A stretch of 64,000 nucleotides of DNA, taken from IMG/VR virus record IMGVR_UViG_3300034062_005626; one strand, 5' to 3'. Source of the stretch: a virus (taxonomy: Duplodnaviria > Caudoviricetes). This document shows positions 10,028 through 20,014 of this stretch, in pieces; the first letter of the stretch is position 1, and every line of letters begins with the position of its first letter. The position numbers and the translations under genes are program-made. Below the pieces are notes generated by a model. It saw only the letters and a program-made list of their open reading frames with translations, was not told the origin of the DNA and did not search any database.

Positions 10028-12037
10028 TTATCCTCTTTTTTGAGTAATAAATGCATTTGATAATTTATCTGAATATTCAGCACTTAATCTAGTATTGACT
10101 GTGGACATAATTGTTTCTTTTAATTGTGACGTATTTAAAACTTCGTTTATTAGATTTTGTGGTATATTTGTGTTAATGTTCAAAGTAACTTCAGTTTTAC
10201 CTCCAATTTCTACTTTTTGAGTTGTTTCTGTATTAGTTGGTGAAAATGAAGAAGACTTTGTTAATAAGTCAACCAAATTTTGTGATGGTTGAGCGGTAGC
10301 GTTTTTATATAATAAAGATAAATCTCCTCCCGATTTGGGACCTCCAATTGATTTTAAAATATTTTCAGATTCATTATATTTGTTAAAAAAATCTCCAATT
10401 CCAGGAGAAAGTAACATATCATCTTTAGTGTCTCCCAAAAATTTACCAAAAGAACCCGTAACCATTTTTCCTCCACCTGCAGGTACAAATGCATCTGAAA
10501 CTTTTACTGTTGGGTTTGGTGAAGGTGGTGTTATACCCCCAAGTGTTACTTGTATAGAGGCAACAGTTGTATCAACAAGAGCTTTAAGAGTTGCTATAAA
10601 AGTTGTAAAAGTAGCCAATTGAAATTCGTATGCGGTTTTAATTGAGGAATTTGCATTATCAAACGAATTTTTGAACTCTCTGATTAAACCATTAAGAGAT
10701 GTTTCAGCCGCACCATATAATGTTTTATCTTCTCCGGCTTTAAGTATTGTTTTCCCAACATCTAAACCTTGACCAAAAATACCTTGGTTTTGAATTGTAA
10801 TTAATGTTGCCAATTGTTTATCTTGTACACTTAGTTGATTTTTAGCATTTTGTAACATTTCTGTTTGTAAATCTTGTTCGCTCTTACCTAAATCTTTGTT
10901 GTACTGATTCAATGCATCTATGAAAGTATTATCATTCATAAGTGTTGCCAAGTCTTTTCCTGCTTCATCAAAACCTGGTAAATCTATAGATACTTTACCT
11001 CCAGGTCCAATTTCTGCCAAACTTGAAACTAACCCTCTTTGTTCCTCAGTTAAACCTTTAAAATCAATCCCTTTGGACATAATTTCTTGTTCTTTTCTGG
11101 CATTGATTGCCCCTTTAGCAACGTCTTCATAAGATAGACCTAAAATATCGGCTTGTTGTCTTAATCTCAACATTTCCTCACCACCAATTTTAAATTCACC
11201 TGTAGTTTCATTAAAATCAACAGCAGCTGATGAGGCTTTAATAATTTGGTCTTGAAGTCCTTCCATATCATACATTGACATGTGTATTAATTGAAAGGGG
11301 TCACCTAATGCACCAATATTACCACCTAATGCTTGTAATTGAGAAGCCATTTCCACGGCCTTTTCGGGACCACCATTCAAGATTAGGTTTGCTGTTGTTT
11401 GTGCTTTATCTAAACTTAAACCTACACGTTGTGCTTGAGCGGCCATTTTTGTTAAACCTTCGACACCATTTTTAAAACCGTATATTTGAGCCTTTTGGAT
11501 ATTATCAGACACTGTTTTGGTTAGTACCTTTGCATCAACACCTGACGCCTTTGCGGTTGCAGCAACTTTATTCATTATCGCAATGGATTTACTTTGTGTA
11601 ATACCATATTGAGTCATTCCTCCAATAAGTTTAGCGACATTCTCAGGAGTTTCTCCGATTGCTTTTCCAAAAACTAATGCGTTTTTTGTCATTTCAGCAC
11701 TTGTAGGAATCATCCTACCCATACTTGATTGTACTCCTTCTAGAAATTTTCCCGCATCTTCAAATGCAATACCATATTGTATACCTTCTTCATAAACTTT
11801 ATAAATTTCTTCTTGAAATTCAACAACGCCCTTTCTAAGTCCTTGACCTAAAGTTGTATTTAGTTTTGTTGCTTTGGATTCTAACGTTAAAAAGAAATTT
11901 TCAACCCTTGTTTGGTCAAATGCAGAATTAAACGCCTTATTTAATTGGTCTGAAAAGTTGGAAACTTGTACATCTGTATAGGTAGGACCGCCACTACCAG
12001 TGCCAGCAAAAGGGTCAGAATAACCTAAAAACATCAT
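10028..12037 (-). CDS. Tail tape measure protein (669 aa)
   Basis: Ala/Gly/Gln-rich helical protein directly downstream of the tail tube and chaperone genes; length comparable to T4 gp29. Confidence 0.7.
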   Translation of the reverse strand: MMFLGYSDPFAGTGSGGPTYTDVQVSNFSDQLNKAFNSAFDQTRVENFFLTLESKATKLNTTLGQGLRKGVVEFQEEIYKVYEEGIQYGIAFEDAGKFLEGVQSSMGRMIPTSAEMTKNALVFGKAIGETPENVAKLIGGMTQYGITQSKSIAIMNKVAATAKASGVDAKVLTKTVSDNIQKAQIYGFKNGVEGLTKMAAQAQRVGLSLDKAQTTANLILNGGPEKAVEMASQLQALGGNIGALGDPFQLIHMSMYDMEGLQDQIIKASSAAVDFNETTGEFKIGGEEMLRLRQQADILGLSYEDVAKGAINARKEQEIMSKGIDFKGLTEEQRGLVSSLAEIGPGGKVSIDLPGFDEAGKDLATLMNDNTFIDALNQYNKDLGKSEQDLQTEMLQNAKNQLSVQDKQLATLITIQNQGIFGQGLDVGKTILKAGEDKTLYGAAETSLNGLIREFKNSFDNANSSIKTAYEFQLATFTTFIATLKALVDTTVASIQVTLGGITPPSPNPTVKVSDAFVPAGGGKMVTGSFGKFLGDTKDDMLLSPGIGDFFNKYNESENILKSIGGPKSGGDLSLLYKNATAQPSQNLVDLLTKSSSFSPTNTETTQKVEIGGKTEVTLNINTNIPQNLINEVLNTSQLKETIMSTVNTRLSAEYSDKLSNAFITQKRG

Positions 12038-12057
12038 ATAGTTTTATTTAATAAATA

Positions 12058-12243
12058 TTATTCTTGTTGTTTTTTATTTTCTTCAATCAACTTATTAATG
12101 AAGAACTTTCTTTCATATGTTGGCATACTCATGATGTCTCGATAAGAAAATCTTGCGAACTTGACTAAATAATATATTTCGTCTAATAGATGTTTTTGAT
12201 AATCAGAAGAAAGGGCGAAAAAACTCCACCCCAAAAGTAACAT
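12058..12243 (-). CDS. Tail/baseplate assembly chaperone, second part (T4 gp51-like / gpT-like)
   Basis: LLDEIYYLVKFARFSYRDIMSMPTYERKFFINKL resembles the gp51/gpT-type motif (xxExxxMPxxERxxF); overlaps the end of the upstream chaperone in another frame. Confidence 0.55.
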   Translation of the reverse strand: MLLLGWSFFALSSDYQKHLLDEIYYLVKFARFSYRDIMSMPTYERKFFINKLIEENKKQQE

Positions 12244-12955
12244 CAATAGTCACTTTTTCTCCAGACGGGGTTTGAATTACTTTTTGTAAATCGATTTTTG
12301 GTTCACATTTATATGCAAATCTTCTAAAGTCTTTTGCATCTGATATTGGCATTTGATTAATAAACTTTACAATTTGAAGTGGGTCCTTAGAACCATCGAT
12401 TTCTACAATTTGTTTTTCTAATCTTTTGGTTGCAATAGGTACGGTCATACCGGCTGGATATTGAGAATTAAATTTGTCCAACTCTTTTTGGTCCCCAATT
12501 GTCAACAGTCTAAACTTAACTTCTTTTTTAGATTTTGGTAGTACATATGAGAATAACCCTTCAAAATCAGGTTTTTCTTCAATCGGTTTGTAATCCAACG
12601 CATCTAAAAGAACAGTTGTTTCAAAAGTTTTGTTTGTTCTCGGGTCAGTAACCGTAAAGTTATATTCAGGACCAAAAGATGTGTTTCTTAAAAAAATTAA
12701 AACTGCTTGAACGTCACAATCTAACATATCATTAATGTTAAATCCAGGTTCATATATTTTTTGTCTAAGTAATGAATAAATAATTCCATCTTTATCGTTA
12801 TTTTGTGACATCAAAATATTTTCATCTTGTGCGGTTAAAAAACCTACTTTAATAGTTTCTTTTTTTGGTTTGTAAAATATACCTTGTGATGGTAATTTTA
12901 TTACGTCATGTGGCAAACTAAAATCCATTTGCCCGTATTTTGCTGATTCGTCCAT
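12203..12955 (-). CDS. Tail/baseplate hub assembly chaperone (T4 gp26-like)
   Basis: Likely start MDESAKYG at 12955 (the track extends it to 13009); VIKLPSQG...LTAQDENIL...LIFLRNTSFG...GVEFFRPFF; lies between the tube and tape measure genes. Confidence 0.65.
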   Translation of the reverse strand: MDESAKYGQMDFSLPHDVIKLPSQGIFYKPKKETIKVGFLTAQDENILMSQNNDKDGIIYSLLRQKIYEPGFNINDMLDCDVQAVLIFLRNTSFGPEYNFTVTDPRTNKTFETTVLLDALDYKPIEEKPDFEGLFSYVLPKSKKEVKFRLLTIGDQKELDKFNSQYPAGMTVPIATKRLEKQIVEIDGSKDPLQIVKFINQMPISDAKDFRRFAYKCEPKIDLQKVIQTPSGEKVTIDVTFGVEFFRPFF

Positions 12956-12994
12956 AGTTTTTATTTTAAAAATATTTTGAATAAAATTATTGTA

Positions 12995-13023
12995 AATAAA
13001 AAATCCCATCTATTGACGGGATT
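12995..13023 (-). terminator. Intrinsic terminator after the tail tube gene
   Basis: Minus strand AATCCCGTC-AATA-GATGGGATT followed by a T run. Confidence 0.7.
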
Positions 13024-13047
13024 AATTATAATTTTATTTTTAAAATT

Positions 13048-13536
13048 TTAGTAAACTAGAATACATCTATCCGGTCTCAAAGTCATGTCTACAGTCATAA
13101 GGTCTGAACCATCATACCCGACCTCATTAAATTTTGCTTCCGTTATACTACAATTTTGTAATATCCACTTTTCAACTGCAACTCCTGTTGGGTCTAACAT
13201 TTCTAAGTTCACATCTTTTTTGTAACCAGCAGCATAACCCATACGACCTGTTACTGATTCAGCATGTAAACGAACCCACTCCATTACCGCCTGAGCTGCC
13301 GATGGACCAATCGGGTCTCTTAAGGTTACAGAAATAGTGTCCCACGCAAAAGACCCTGCAACATAAGTTTCAGTATTCAAAAATTTAATTTCTTTTGTAT
13401 CAATTTTAATTGACGGTCTTGACGCTTTTTCAACATACCATGAATTAATACCCAAACTAGAGTCAAATGTTAGTATAAACCTATTTTTCTTTTTTGGTTC
13501 GTACTGAAACGGCATTCTCATTAATAAATCAGCCAT
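13048..13536 (-). CDS. gp19: Tail tube protein (T4 gp19-like)
   Basis: 162 aa; NRFILTF...RPSI...FLNTETYVAG...WDTISVTLRDPI...MEW...YKKDVNLEMLDPTGVAVEKWIL is a typical myovirus tube signature. Confidence 0.85.
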   Translation of the reverse strand: MADLLMRMPFQYEPKKKNRFILTFDSSLGINSWYVEKASRPSIKIDTKEIKFLNTETYVAGSFAWDTISVTLRDPIGPSAAQAVMEWVRLHAESVTGRMGYAAGYKKDVNLEMLDPTGVAVEKWILQNCSITEAKFNEVGYDGSDLMTVDMTLRPDRCILVY

Positions 13537-13639
13537 GTTTTCTTATTTTTTAATTTTTATTTTATTTTACTATAAATACTTACTAAATTATTTTTTGTAT
13601 TTACTTTCAATTATTTTAAATTTATTCTATAACTAGAAA

Positions 13640-14530
13640 CTAGTATTTAACTTTATTTCCTCCTTTTGTTAAATATAAGTTTAAAGGTAATTCTTCATAC
13701 TCACTAGATAATAATTCTTTAATTTTTTCAACATTTCTTAAATCGTCATCTGAAAAACCAATATAAGGTTCCCAACTTGAATTAAATTCAACATCATTTT
13801 TAAACATAGGACTACCCTCAACCCCGTAACGACTTTTTAATTCACTTGCCAAACTCTTACAATAAGATATAAATTGTTTTAATGCATCAAATTTTGCTTG
13901 TTCAGGGTTAGAGGCGTTTCCTTTTTTAAAAGACACGGGTTCAAATTTACATAAGTCCAAATAGTCATTAAGTTCTGATGGTGACAATGCTTTAACAGTA
14001 GTGTCCGCTTTAACTTTGTTTCCTATTTCTCGATACTTGTATAAATTTCTAGCTAATTCTCTTGAGTCTATTCCGTTTTTATTACTCATTACTAAGTTGT
14101 AAACAGCCTCTCTTAAAGTTTCAGGACTATGACCTCTAGCGGTAATTATAGAAAAAACTGACCCACCATTTATACATTCCACAAAATCAGACCAAGACGG
14201 ACCGGGTTTTGCAACCATTGAATCAATAATAAATCTTTTGTTTCCAAACTCCTTAAAGTTTTTAAATGCTCCGATAGAAAATGCGACGATTCTTTTACCT
14301 TTATACATAAACGGTTCAAAACCAATTTTTTCTCTGTACTCTGCAAAGTCTTCTGTTGACATGGGTATTTCGTTTTCGTCTTCATCCATAACCAAAATAG
14401 AAGTTGGCATGAATAAAATATTGTCATCCCAATCAAATGCATAATATTTTAAGTCAGGTCTACCAACATCATCAAATCCTTCGTTCAATCTTTGTTGAAC
14501 AAATTTTCTAACATACCCTTTAATATCCAT
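13640..14530 (-). CDS. HAD-superfamily phosphatase-like protein
   Basis: YAFDWDDNI (DxD motif I), IITARGHS (motif II), GFSDDDLRN (motif IV). Confidence 0.55.
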   Translation of the reverse strand: MDIKGYVRKFVQQRLNEGFDDVGRPDLKYYAFDWDDNILFMPTSILVMDEDENEIPMSTEDFAEYREKIGFEPFMYKGKRIVAFSIGAFKNFKEFGNKRFIIDSMVAKPGPSWSDFVECINGGSVFSIITARGHSPETLREAVYNLVMSNKNGIDSRELARNLYKYREIGNKVKADTTVKALSPSELNDYLDLCKFEPVSFKKGNASNPEQAKFDALKQFISYCKSLASELKSRYGVEGSPMFKNDVEFNSSWEPYIGFSDDDLRNVEKIKELLSSEYEELPLNLYLTKGGNKVKY

Positions 14531-14667
14531 TATTTTTGAAGTTTTTCTAAAAGTTTTTCTAACTGAGATTCAGTTAAAACTACATTTTGTTTTTTTGTGG
14601 AATAAGTTTTGTCCGACCAATCTTTGATTCCAACTGACTCTTTAATAACTTTCTTTTTAATTTTCAT
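14530..14667 (-). CDS. Small hypothetical protein (45 aa), possible internal head protein
   Basis: Below the track cutoff: MKIKKKVIKESVGIKDWSDKTYSTKKQNVVLTESQLEKLLEKLQK; its stop overlaps the next ATG (TAATG). Confidence 0.6.
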   Translation of the reverse strand: MKIKKKVIKESVGIKDWSDKTYSTKKQNVVLTESQLEKLLEKLQK

Positions 14668-14684
14668 TTTATTTATATTTTAAA

Positions 14685-14709
14685 AATAAGTGGGGGAATG
14701 ACCCCCCAC
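14685..14709 (-). terminator. Intrinsic terminator after the tail sheath gene
   Basis: GC stem GTGGGGG/CCCCCAC (14690-14709) with a T-rich tail on the minus strand. Confidence 0.7.
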
Positions 14710-14714
14710 ATTTA

Positions 14715-17700
14715 TTATACGTTGTCAAATGATGCTCCTGTTGGTGTAATAACAAACTCGATGTCAATGTATTCTAACGCTCTTGTTGGTTTCAAGTAAA
14801 TCTTACCTGTAAGAGTGTTTGAGTCTAAATCTTCAGGTGTATTTGAAACTGTAACTCTAAAGTCAATCAAACCTCGGTCTCTTCTAATTGAATCCAAAAT
14901 TGGATTTACTGAATCTAAGAAGTCTTGTCTTACTTTGTCATCATTTTGTTCAAATAATAATCTAATTGCCACTGCTGAAATTAACTTACGAGCTTGTAGT
15001 AATAATCTTCTAACGTTGATTCTGTCAAGTGCAGATTCTCTAATTTGTAGAGTTTTATTACCCCAAATTACCGTACCAACATCATTGAAAGTCGCAATTG
15101 GGTTGATTCTACCTTTATATAATACGTCTCTATCTTCTTGTGTCAACTTACGTCTCGCTCTAATTGCATTTACAAGACCTCTCGTGTAACCCGCTGATGC
15201 GAACCAAGGGAATGCAATGTTGTCTGTTAATGCTAAGTTTTTAGTAACTTCAGCCGTAGGGGGAAGATAAATTTGTGTGTTATTAACACTATCCCTTGTT
15301 AATACCCAAGGGTAGTAAGTTGCTGTGTAGTTAGAGTCTATACCCGTAGTCTCTAAATTGTCAACCGCCTGTTGAGGATAAATTAACCCCTCTTCTATAT
15401 TTTGGTAAGAAGGTAAGAATAAGTTAAAGTCAGGTGTAGTACAGATGTAAATTGAATCTGCTCTATCTTCCTCAATCAAATTAACCGCATCTTCAACTAA
15501 GTTACTGTTGTTTACATAGTCAATTCCTGGTGTAACAAACACATTTATATTTGTAGATTCAGGATTAGAGAATGTTGATTGACCCCATTTGTAAGCGTAG
15601 TAGTCAGTGTTCGCCCAAGTTTCTTGGTTTGGTCCTGAAATTTGTTTGAACGCTCCCCAACCTGATGCTGTAGGATATGTTGCGGAAGCTGCCGCTCCTT
15701 GTTTGTATCCTGTCTGACCTAACGCGAATGTATCTGCGTTTGTTCTAGACGCTCTATAAATGTCCCAACCGTCAAATCCGCCGTAAGCATATACGGTATA
15801 TTTTCTTGTATTTAAGTTGTAATAAGGATTATCACTGTCTAAAGGTTCGCTCGAGAATGAACCCGCACCCACTTCAAACGCTGACTGACCTGAAGTAACA
15901 TATCCGTTAGAAATAGTTACAATAGTTGCTCCACTATCCATATGGAAACCTTTAGTAACATAACCCCAATCAGGACCTGTAGTGTCAGTTGCGATATTTG
16001 TAGGAAGTTGTTTACCTTTGTATTCAAAGAAATCATAATCAACACCTGTAATATTAGAAATACCCAAGTATGCTTTTCTAACATTTTCACCTGATGAAGT
16101 TCTAATATTATTACCATTGTTTGCAGAACCAAAAGGAGGATTGTCTATTTGCTGTCCTGCCGTTAAATATCTTGTTTTGTATACAATAAATGGAGGTGTC
16201 GCATTTGAGTATTCTCTCATAATATAACCCTCAAATCCACAAGGTAGCGCATCTGTTGGTGCTTCATCAGCCATTTCAATCATTAAGTATTTAGATTTTA
16301 CTTGATATTCACCATTAGAAGTACCAATTTTATTTGCTATAAAATTATTTTGTGTAGGGTCTAATGAACAGTTTGTAAAACTTTCTATTACTCTAACCTT
16401 ATCGTCAGTATCATAAAAGTCTCTAACAAAAACGTCAAAAGTATTGTTTGTAAAAGATATATTACCTATTGATATTTTTACAAGTCTATTAGCCGCATTT
16501 CCATCGGAAATTAATACAAATCTAAATAACTTATAAACCAAATTACCTCTTAGTTCAGACACTAAGTAAGGAGTTTTAGGTGTTTGATATTGTTCTAAAT
16601 AGAAACCAATAGTTTCAGTATCTAACGATTCAGCACTGTCCAATGCAATTAAATCACAGTATAAACCTCTAATTTTACTATTGTTATAACCTGAATTTAA
16701 TAAACTTGGATAAATTTCCTCAACAAAAATTGGAACTTCGTTTCTATCTTTCGCAAAGTTTGATTTACCAAATAAACTTGACATGTAGTTGGAATTTGTA
16801 GACAACATTGAAGTTTCAAAACTAAATGTTTCAGAATCATATGTAATACCTGATATTACAAAAGTTGAGTATGGGTCACTTGTAACTGCTGAATATGTAC
16901 CAGTACATACCATTTGAACGTCACTTGTACCCGTAACCCAATATTGTGGTCCGTGTTGTGTTGAAGAATATGTGGTAAGACCTCTTGAACGTAGTGTTGA
17001 TACAACTAAATCATCCCATTCACTATAAGGTGAACCTGAATAGAATGTCATACCAATATTACATCTACCTGAGAACACACCACCACCGAGAGATGACATC
17101 GCTCCGATTGAAGCACCTAATCCGTATCCATAATATGAGCCAACACTTTGAATTTTGTTATAGTCAAATAATGCATAGTACCATGTATCATTCGTATCTG
17201 CTGAAAGATTTGTTAAAGATAAATTAACATTATCAACTCCAAAGGTTTCAGAAGTTGCGGTTACAGTATTCACTGAAGACCCTGACACGTAAGTTAGTGT
17301 ATTCGCACTTAAAGTACCCCAATAAATCGCAGTTGTTGCTGAGGTAGACGCACTTAAACTAAATCTATTAACGTTAGTAGAAATAAAGTTTTGAAAATCT
17401 GCATTTAATGTGGAAGTTCCTCCGTTATAAGACGTGTATGTGCTGTAAAAATCAGCACTTAATTGTGATGGAACAGATGTAATTGTAATATTTCCACTAG
17501 TACCTGTAGTTCCTGTAAAGTTTAATGTAATACCTGTTGTATTACCTGTTGCTGATATTGTTGCCGGATTTGGGTTTGCAATAGTAACAACCGACCAAGA
17601 TGGTCCTGCATCATAACCTGATAATCCAAGTATTCTTGTTACGAATAATTGATTTGATTGACTTAAGTAAGCCTTTGCAATATAAGACGCCTCATATTTT

Positions 17701-17918
17701 GGTATTTGGGTATTAACAAATCTTTCAGGACTTGTTCCCCCAAAATAAACTTGATATTCGTCAAAGTTTGTTATGAAAATAGGTTCAAATGCGGGACCTT
17801 GAATGGTTTCACCGACAATACCTAAAGTTGTTACACCAACGCTTTGTGCAACAAAAGTTAAATCTCTTTCTGAAGTGTAAACACCAGGTGAGACGAAAAC
17901 CTTATTACTAGATGCCAT
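14715..17918 (-). CDS. gp18: Tail sheath protein (T4 gp18-like), enlarged to 1067 aa
   Basis: N-terminal FVSPGVYTSERD; C-terminal WFASAGYTRG...RDVLYKGRINPI...VIWGNKTL...LDRINVRRLL...IYLKPTRALEYIDIEF. Confidence 0.92.
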   Translation of the reverse strand: MASSNKVFVSPGVYTSERDLTFVAQSVGVTTLGIVGETIQGPAFEPIFITNFDEYQVYFGGTSPERFVNTQIPKYEASYIAKAYLSQSNQLFVTRILGLSGYDAGPSWSVVTIANPNPATISATGNTTGITLNFTGTTGTSGNITITSVPSQLSADFYSTYTSYNGGTSTLNADFQNFISTNVNRFSLSASTSATTAIYWGTLSANTLTYVSGSSVNTVTATSETFGVDNVNLSLTNLSADTNDTWYYALFDYNKIQSVGSYYGYGLGASIGAMSSLGGGVFSGRCNIGMTFYSGSPYSEWDDLVVSTLRSRGLTTYSSTQHGPQYWVTGTSDVQMVCTGTYSAVTSDPYSTFVISGITYDSETFSFETSMLSTNSNYMSSLFGKSNFAKDRNEVPIFVEEIYPSLLNSGYNNSKIRGLYCDLIALDSAESLDTETIGFYLEQYQTPKTPYLVSELRGNLVYKLFRFVLISDGNAANRLVKISIGNISFTNNTFDVFVRDFYDTDDKVRVIESFTNCSLDPTQNNFIANKIGTSNGEYQVKSKYLMIEMADEAPTDALPCGFEGYIMREYSNATPPFIVYKTRYLTAGQQIDNPPFGSANNGNNIRTSSGENVRKAYLGISNITGVDYDFFEYKGKQLPTNIATDTTGPDWGYVTKGFHMDSGATIVTISNGYVTSGQSAFEVGAGSFSSEPLDSDNPYYNLNTRKYTVYAYGGFDGWDIYRASRTNADTFALGQTGYKQGAAASATYPTASGWGAFKQISGPNQETWANTDYYAYKWGQSTFSNPESTNINVFVTPGIDYVNNSNLVEDAVNLIEEDRADSIYICTTPDFNLFLPSYQNIEEGLIYPQQAVDNLETTGIDSNYTATYYPWVLTRDSVNNTQIYLPPTAEVTKNLALTDNIAFPWFASAGYTRGLVNAIRARRKLTQEDRDVLYKGRINPIATFNDVGTVIWGNKTLQIRESALDRINVRRLLLQARKLISAVAIRLLFEQNDDKVRQDFLDSVNPILDSIRRDRGLIDFRVTVSNTPEDLDSNTLTGKIYLKPTRALEYIDIEFVITPTGASFDNV

Positions 17919-18006
17919 TTTAAATTATGTTTTAGCTTTTTATGTTTTATATATAAATACATTGAATTTTTGCAAAAAACTATTGACAATAATATATTTA
18001 TCTGAT

Positions 18007-18028
18007 AAGGCAGACAAAATTCTGCCTT
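18007..18028 (+). promoter_or_regulatory. Inverted repeat upstream of the RHH gene (operator or terminator)
   Basis: AAGGCAGA-CAAAAT-TCTGCCTT followed by a T run, 20 nt before the ATG at 18049. Confidence 0.45.
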
Positions 18029-18048
18029 TTTTCTCACCTAAAATTATT

Positions 18049-18207
18049 ATGAAAAATAAAAAAATTAAAAACATTAAAATATCTGATGACGCTCATTCAG
18101 TATTAAAAACTTACTGCGAAAAAAATGGTTTGAAATTGTATAAGTTTTTAGAAAATTTGATAATTAGAAATTGTAGTAAACCTAAAGATATATATGGTGA
18201 AGATTAA
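18049..18207 (+). CDS. Small ribbon-helix-helix-like DNA-binding protein (52 aa)
   Basis: Likely start MKNKKIKNIKISDDAHSVLKTYCEKNGLKLYKFLENLI shows a beta-strand plus two-helix RHH pattern. Confidence 0.55.
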   Translation: MKNKKIKNIKISDDAHSVLKTYCEKNGLKLYKFLENLIIRNCSKPKDIYGED

Positions 18208-19436
18208 ACAAAATAGGCAACAGTTTTAATTACCGATGTTTGAGTGATTAAAGTTTTATATGCTTTTATTAATACAGAATCCCCATCATTAACTTGAATC
18301 ACATCTAAATCATCACCTATGTAAAGACCATTTATATAAACAGAAAATGCACTACCACAAGATGTTGTTGAGTTTGTTGTTGCGCCTGTTGGGTTTGAAA
18401 ACACGGGCAAAGTACCACCTTGAACACAAACAGTTCCTGTATTACCACTTGTTATTCCTGATATGATTGATGGCCCGCTATTACATGTTACAAAATTTAA
18501 AGTGTTGTTTGTGGTTGCAGTATAATTAAAATTATAACAACTTGATAAATTTTGCAATTCAACAACTTTCAAATCTGCAGTATATCTAAAAACTTCAGAT
18601 AGTTGTGTTACTCCAGGTAGAAAAGTAAAATCAAAATCAAAGTTGTCGGGTCGTGGAGGTTCAATTTCAACTCGTCTAGTTTTAATTTTTGTATCTACTT
18701 CAAACATCGTCATATATCTTGATATTGCGGGAGAAACTTGAAAATCTTCTTCATCTAATAAAAACCCTTGTAGTGTCAACTTATAATTTATAATGTAGTA
18801 TTTTCTTTTTTCTAAATCTTTTACTGACTCATCGGACACTTCTTCCATCATTATTGGCATATAGTGTCCATTTATTTGAGTATAGGATTGAGCGGATGCA
18901 AATGTTTGCATAACAATTTTGTTAAACTCGTTGTTTTCTCTCATTCGATTACAAAACAACTTTAAATTGTAAACAATATCAACGGCAACAGGTTGTGGAA
19001 CTTTATAGACATCGGCACCTTTTCTTTGTCCATCCCATGTTGGTACTGTAAAATAATTAATTCTAAGTTTTTCGGGGACATTAAATCTACCCCCAACATA
19101 TTTACCTGGTTTAACTTCAGGGGTTCTTACAATTGCTAAAAAAGGTAATGATATATTTTTATCTAAATCTTGAAAATTCCATGTTTGTGTAAATTGCATC
19201 CAATTTTGATTGGTTATAATTCTATCAATCAACGGTACTTTTTTTTCATCAACAACTAATTCTAATTTGTCTTTAACAAAATCTAAAAACCCCCTGTCCA
19301 AATCGGCATGTAATACCCCTTTTGGTAAAAATGTTCCATGTCTTGTTATGTCCTCGAGCATTTCTTCTCTTCTTTCCACACCAAACTTTTGTGGAATCAA
19401 AGGTAAATTTTTTTTTACTTGTTTTGGAAAAGCCAT
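18204..19436 (-). CDS. Tail completion/terminator-like protein with C-terminal Cys-containing extension
   Basis: Adjacent to the head-closure and sheath genes; VAVDIVYNLKLFCNRMRENNEFNKIVM...YKLTLQGFL resembles the tail terminator fold. Confidence 0.5.
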   Translation of the reverse strand: MAFPKQVKKNLPLIPQKFGVERREEMLEDITRHGTFLPKGVLHADLDRGFLDFVKDKLELVVDEKKVPLIDRIITNQNWMQFTQTWNFQDLDKNISLPFLAIVRTPEVKPGKYVGGRFNVPEKLRINYFTVPTWDGQRKGADVYKVPQPVAVDIVYNLKLFCNRMRENNEFNKIVMQTFASAQSYTQINGHYMPIMMEEVSDESVKDLEKRKYYIINYKLTLQGFLLDEEDFQVSPAISRYMTMFEVDTKIKTRRVEIEPPRPDNFDFDFTFLPGVTQLSEVFRYTADLKVVELQNLSSCYNFNYTATTNNTLNFVTCNSGPSIISGITSGNTGTVCVQGGTLPVFSNPTGATTNSTTSCGSAFSVYINGLYIGDDLDVIQVNDGDSVLIKAYKTLITQTSVIKTVAYFV

Positions 19437-19443
19437 AATTTAA

Positions 19444-19959
19444 TTAAATTCCTTCAAATTCATTATTCGTAACAGGGGTTGCAAGAATTGTTCTATAAAA
19501 TCTTTTATAACCAGCATAAGTATGTTTATTGTCAGTAAACACCCTACCATCATTTACCACACTATAATATCTAACTCTACTTTCTGTTTCATAATACCCA
19601 ATATAATCACCATATTCTATATCAATTTCTAAATCATCTAAATAATCTTGATAAACACTAACAGTTAAATTACCCGGCTCTAACTGTTCTAATTTTGTTG
19701 AGCCATAGTCTTGGTTTGCAGGGGCCTCTATTTTAACCAAACCTTTAAATTCTATTGGTGGTAAAAATTGTATTCCGCCTTTTAATGCTTCGCCATACAC
19801 ATCGTCGTTGTTGGTTTTCTGTCTATCAACTTTATATAAAACTAAAGTGAAGTTCATATCCCCCTCTAACCATTCTCTTCCCATTTTTATATCTAAATTG
19901 AAGTCTTCTTCTGCAAAAAACTTATTTAATCTTGTTATTGGAACTTTAGGTTGTGTCAT
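19444..19959 (-). CDS. Head closure/neck protein (T4 gp14-like)
   Basis: LVLYKVDRQKT..DDVYGEA...GDYIGY beta-barrel head-closure pattern; neck/tail gene context. Confidence 0.55.
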   Translation of the reverse strand: MTQPKVPITRLNKFFAEEDFNLDIKMGREWLEGDMNFTLVLYKVDRQKTNNDDVYGEALKGGIQFLPPIEFKGLVKIEAPANQDYGSTKLEQLEPGNLTVSVYQDYLDDLEIDIEYGDYIGYYETESRVRYYSVVNDGRVFTDNKHTYAGYKRFYRTILATPVTNNEFEGI

Positions 19960-20014
19960 ACCTATAAATACTTTAATTGATTTTTTCTTGAATTTTATTA
20001 TATTTTATTATACT

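Noticed and set aside
19808-20014. 69-aa N-terminal extension of the SNF2 ORF in the track
   Set aside because: Overlaps the antisense gp14-like gene and intergenic region; the ATG at 20015 is the plausible start
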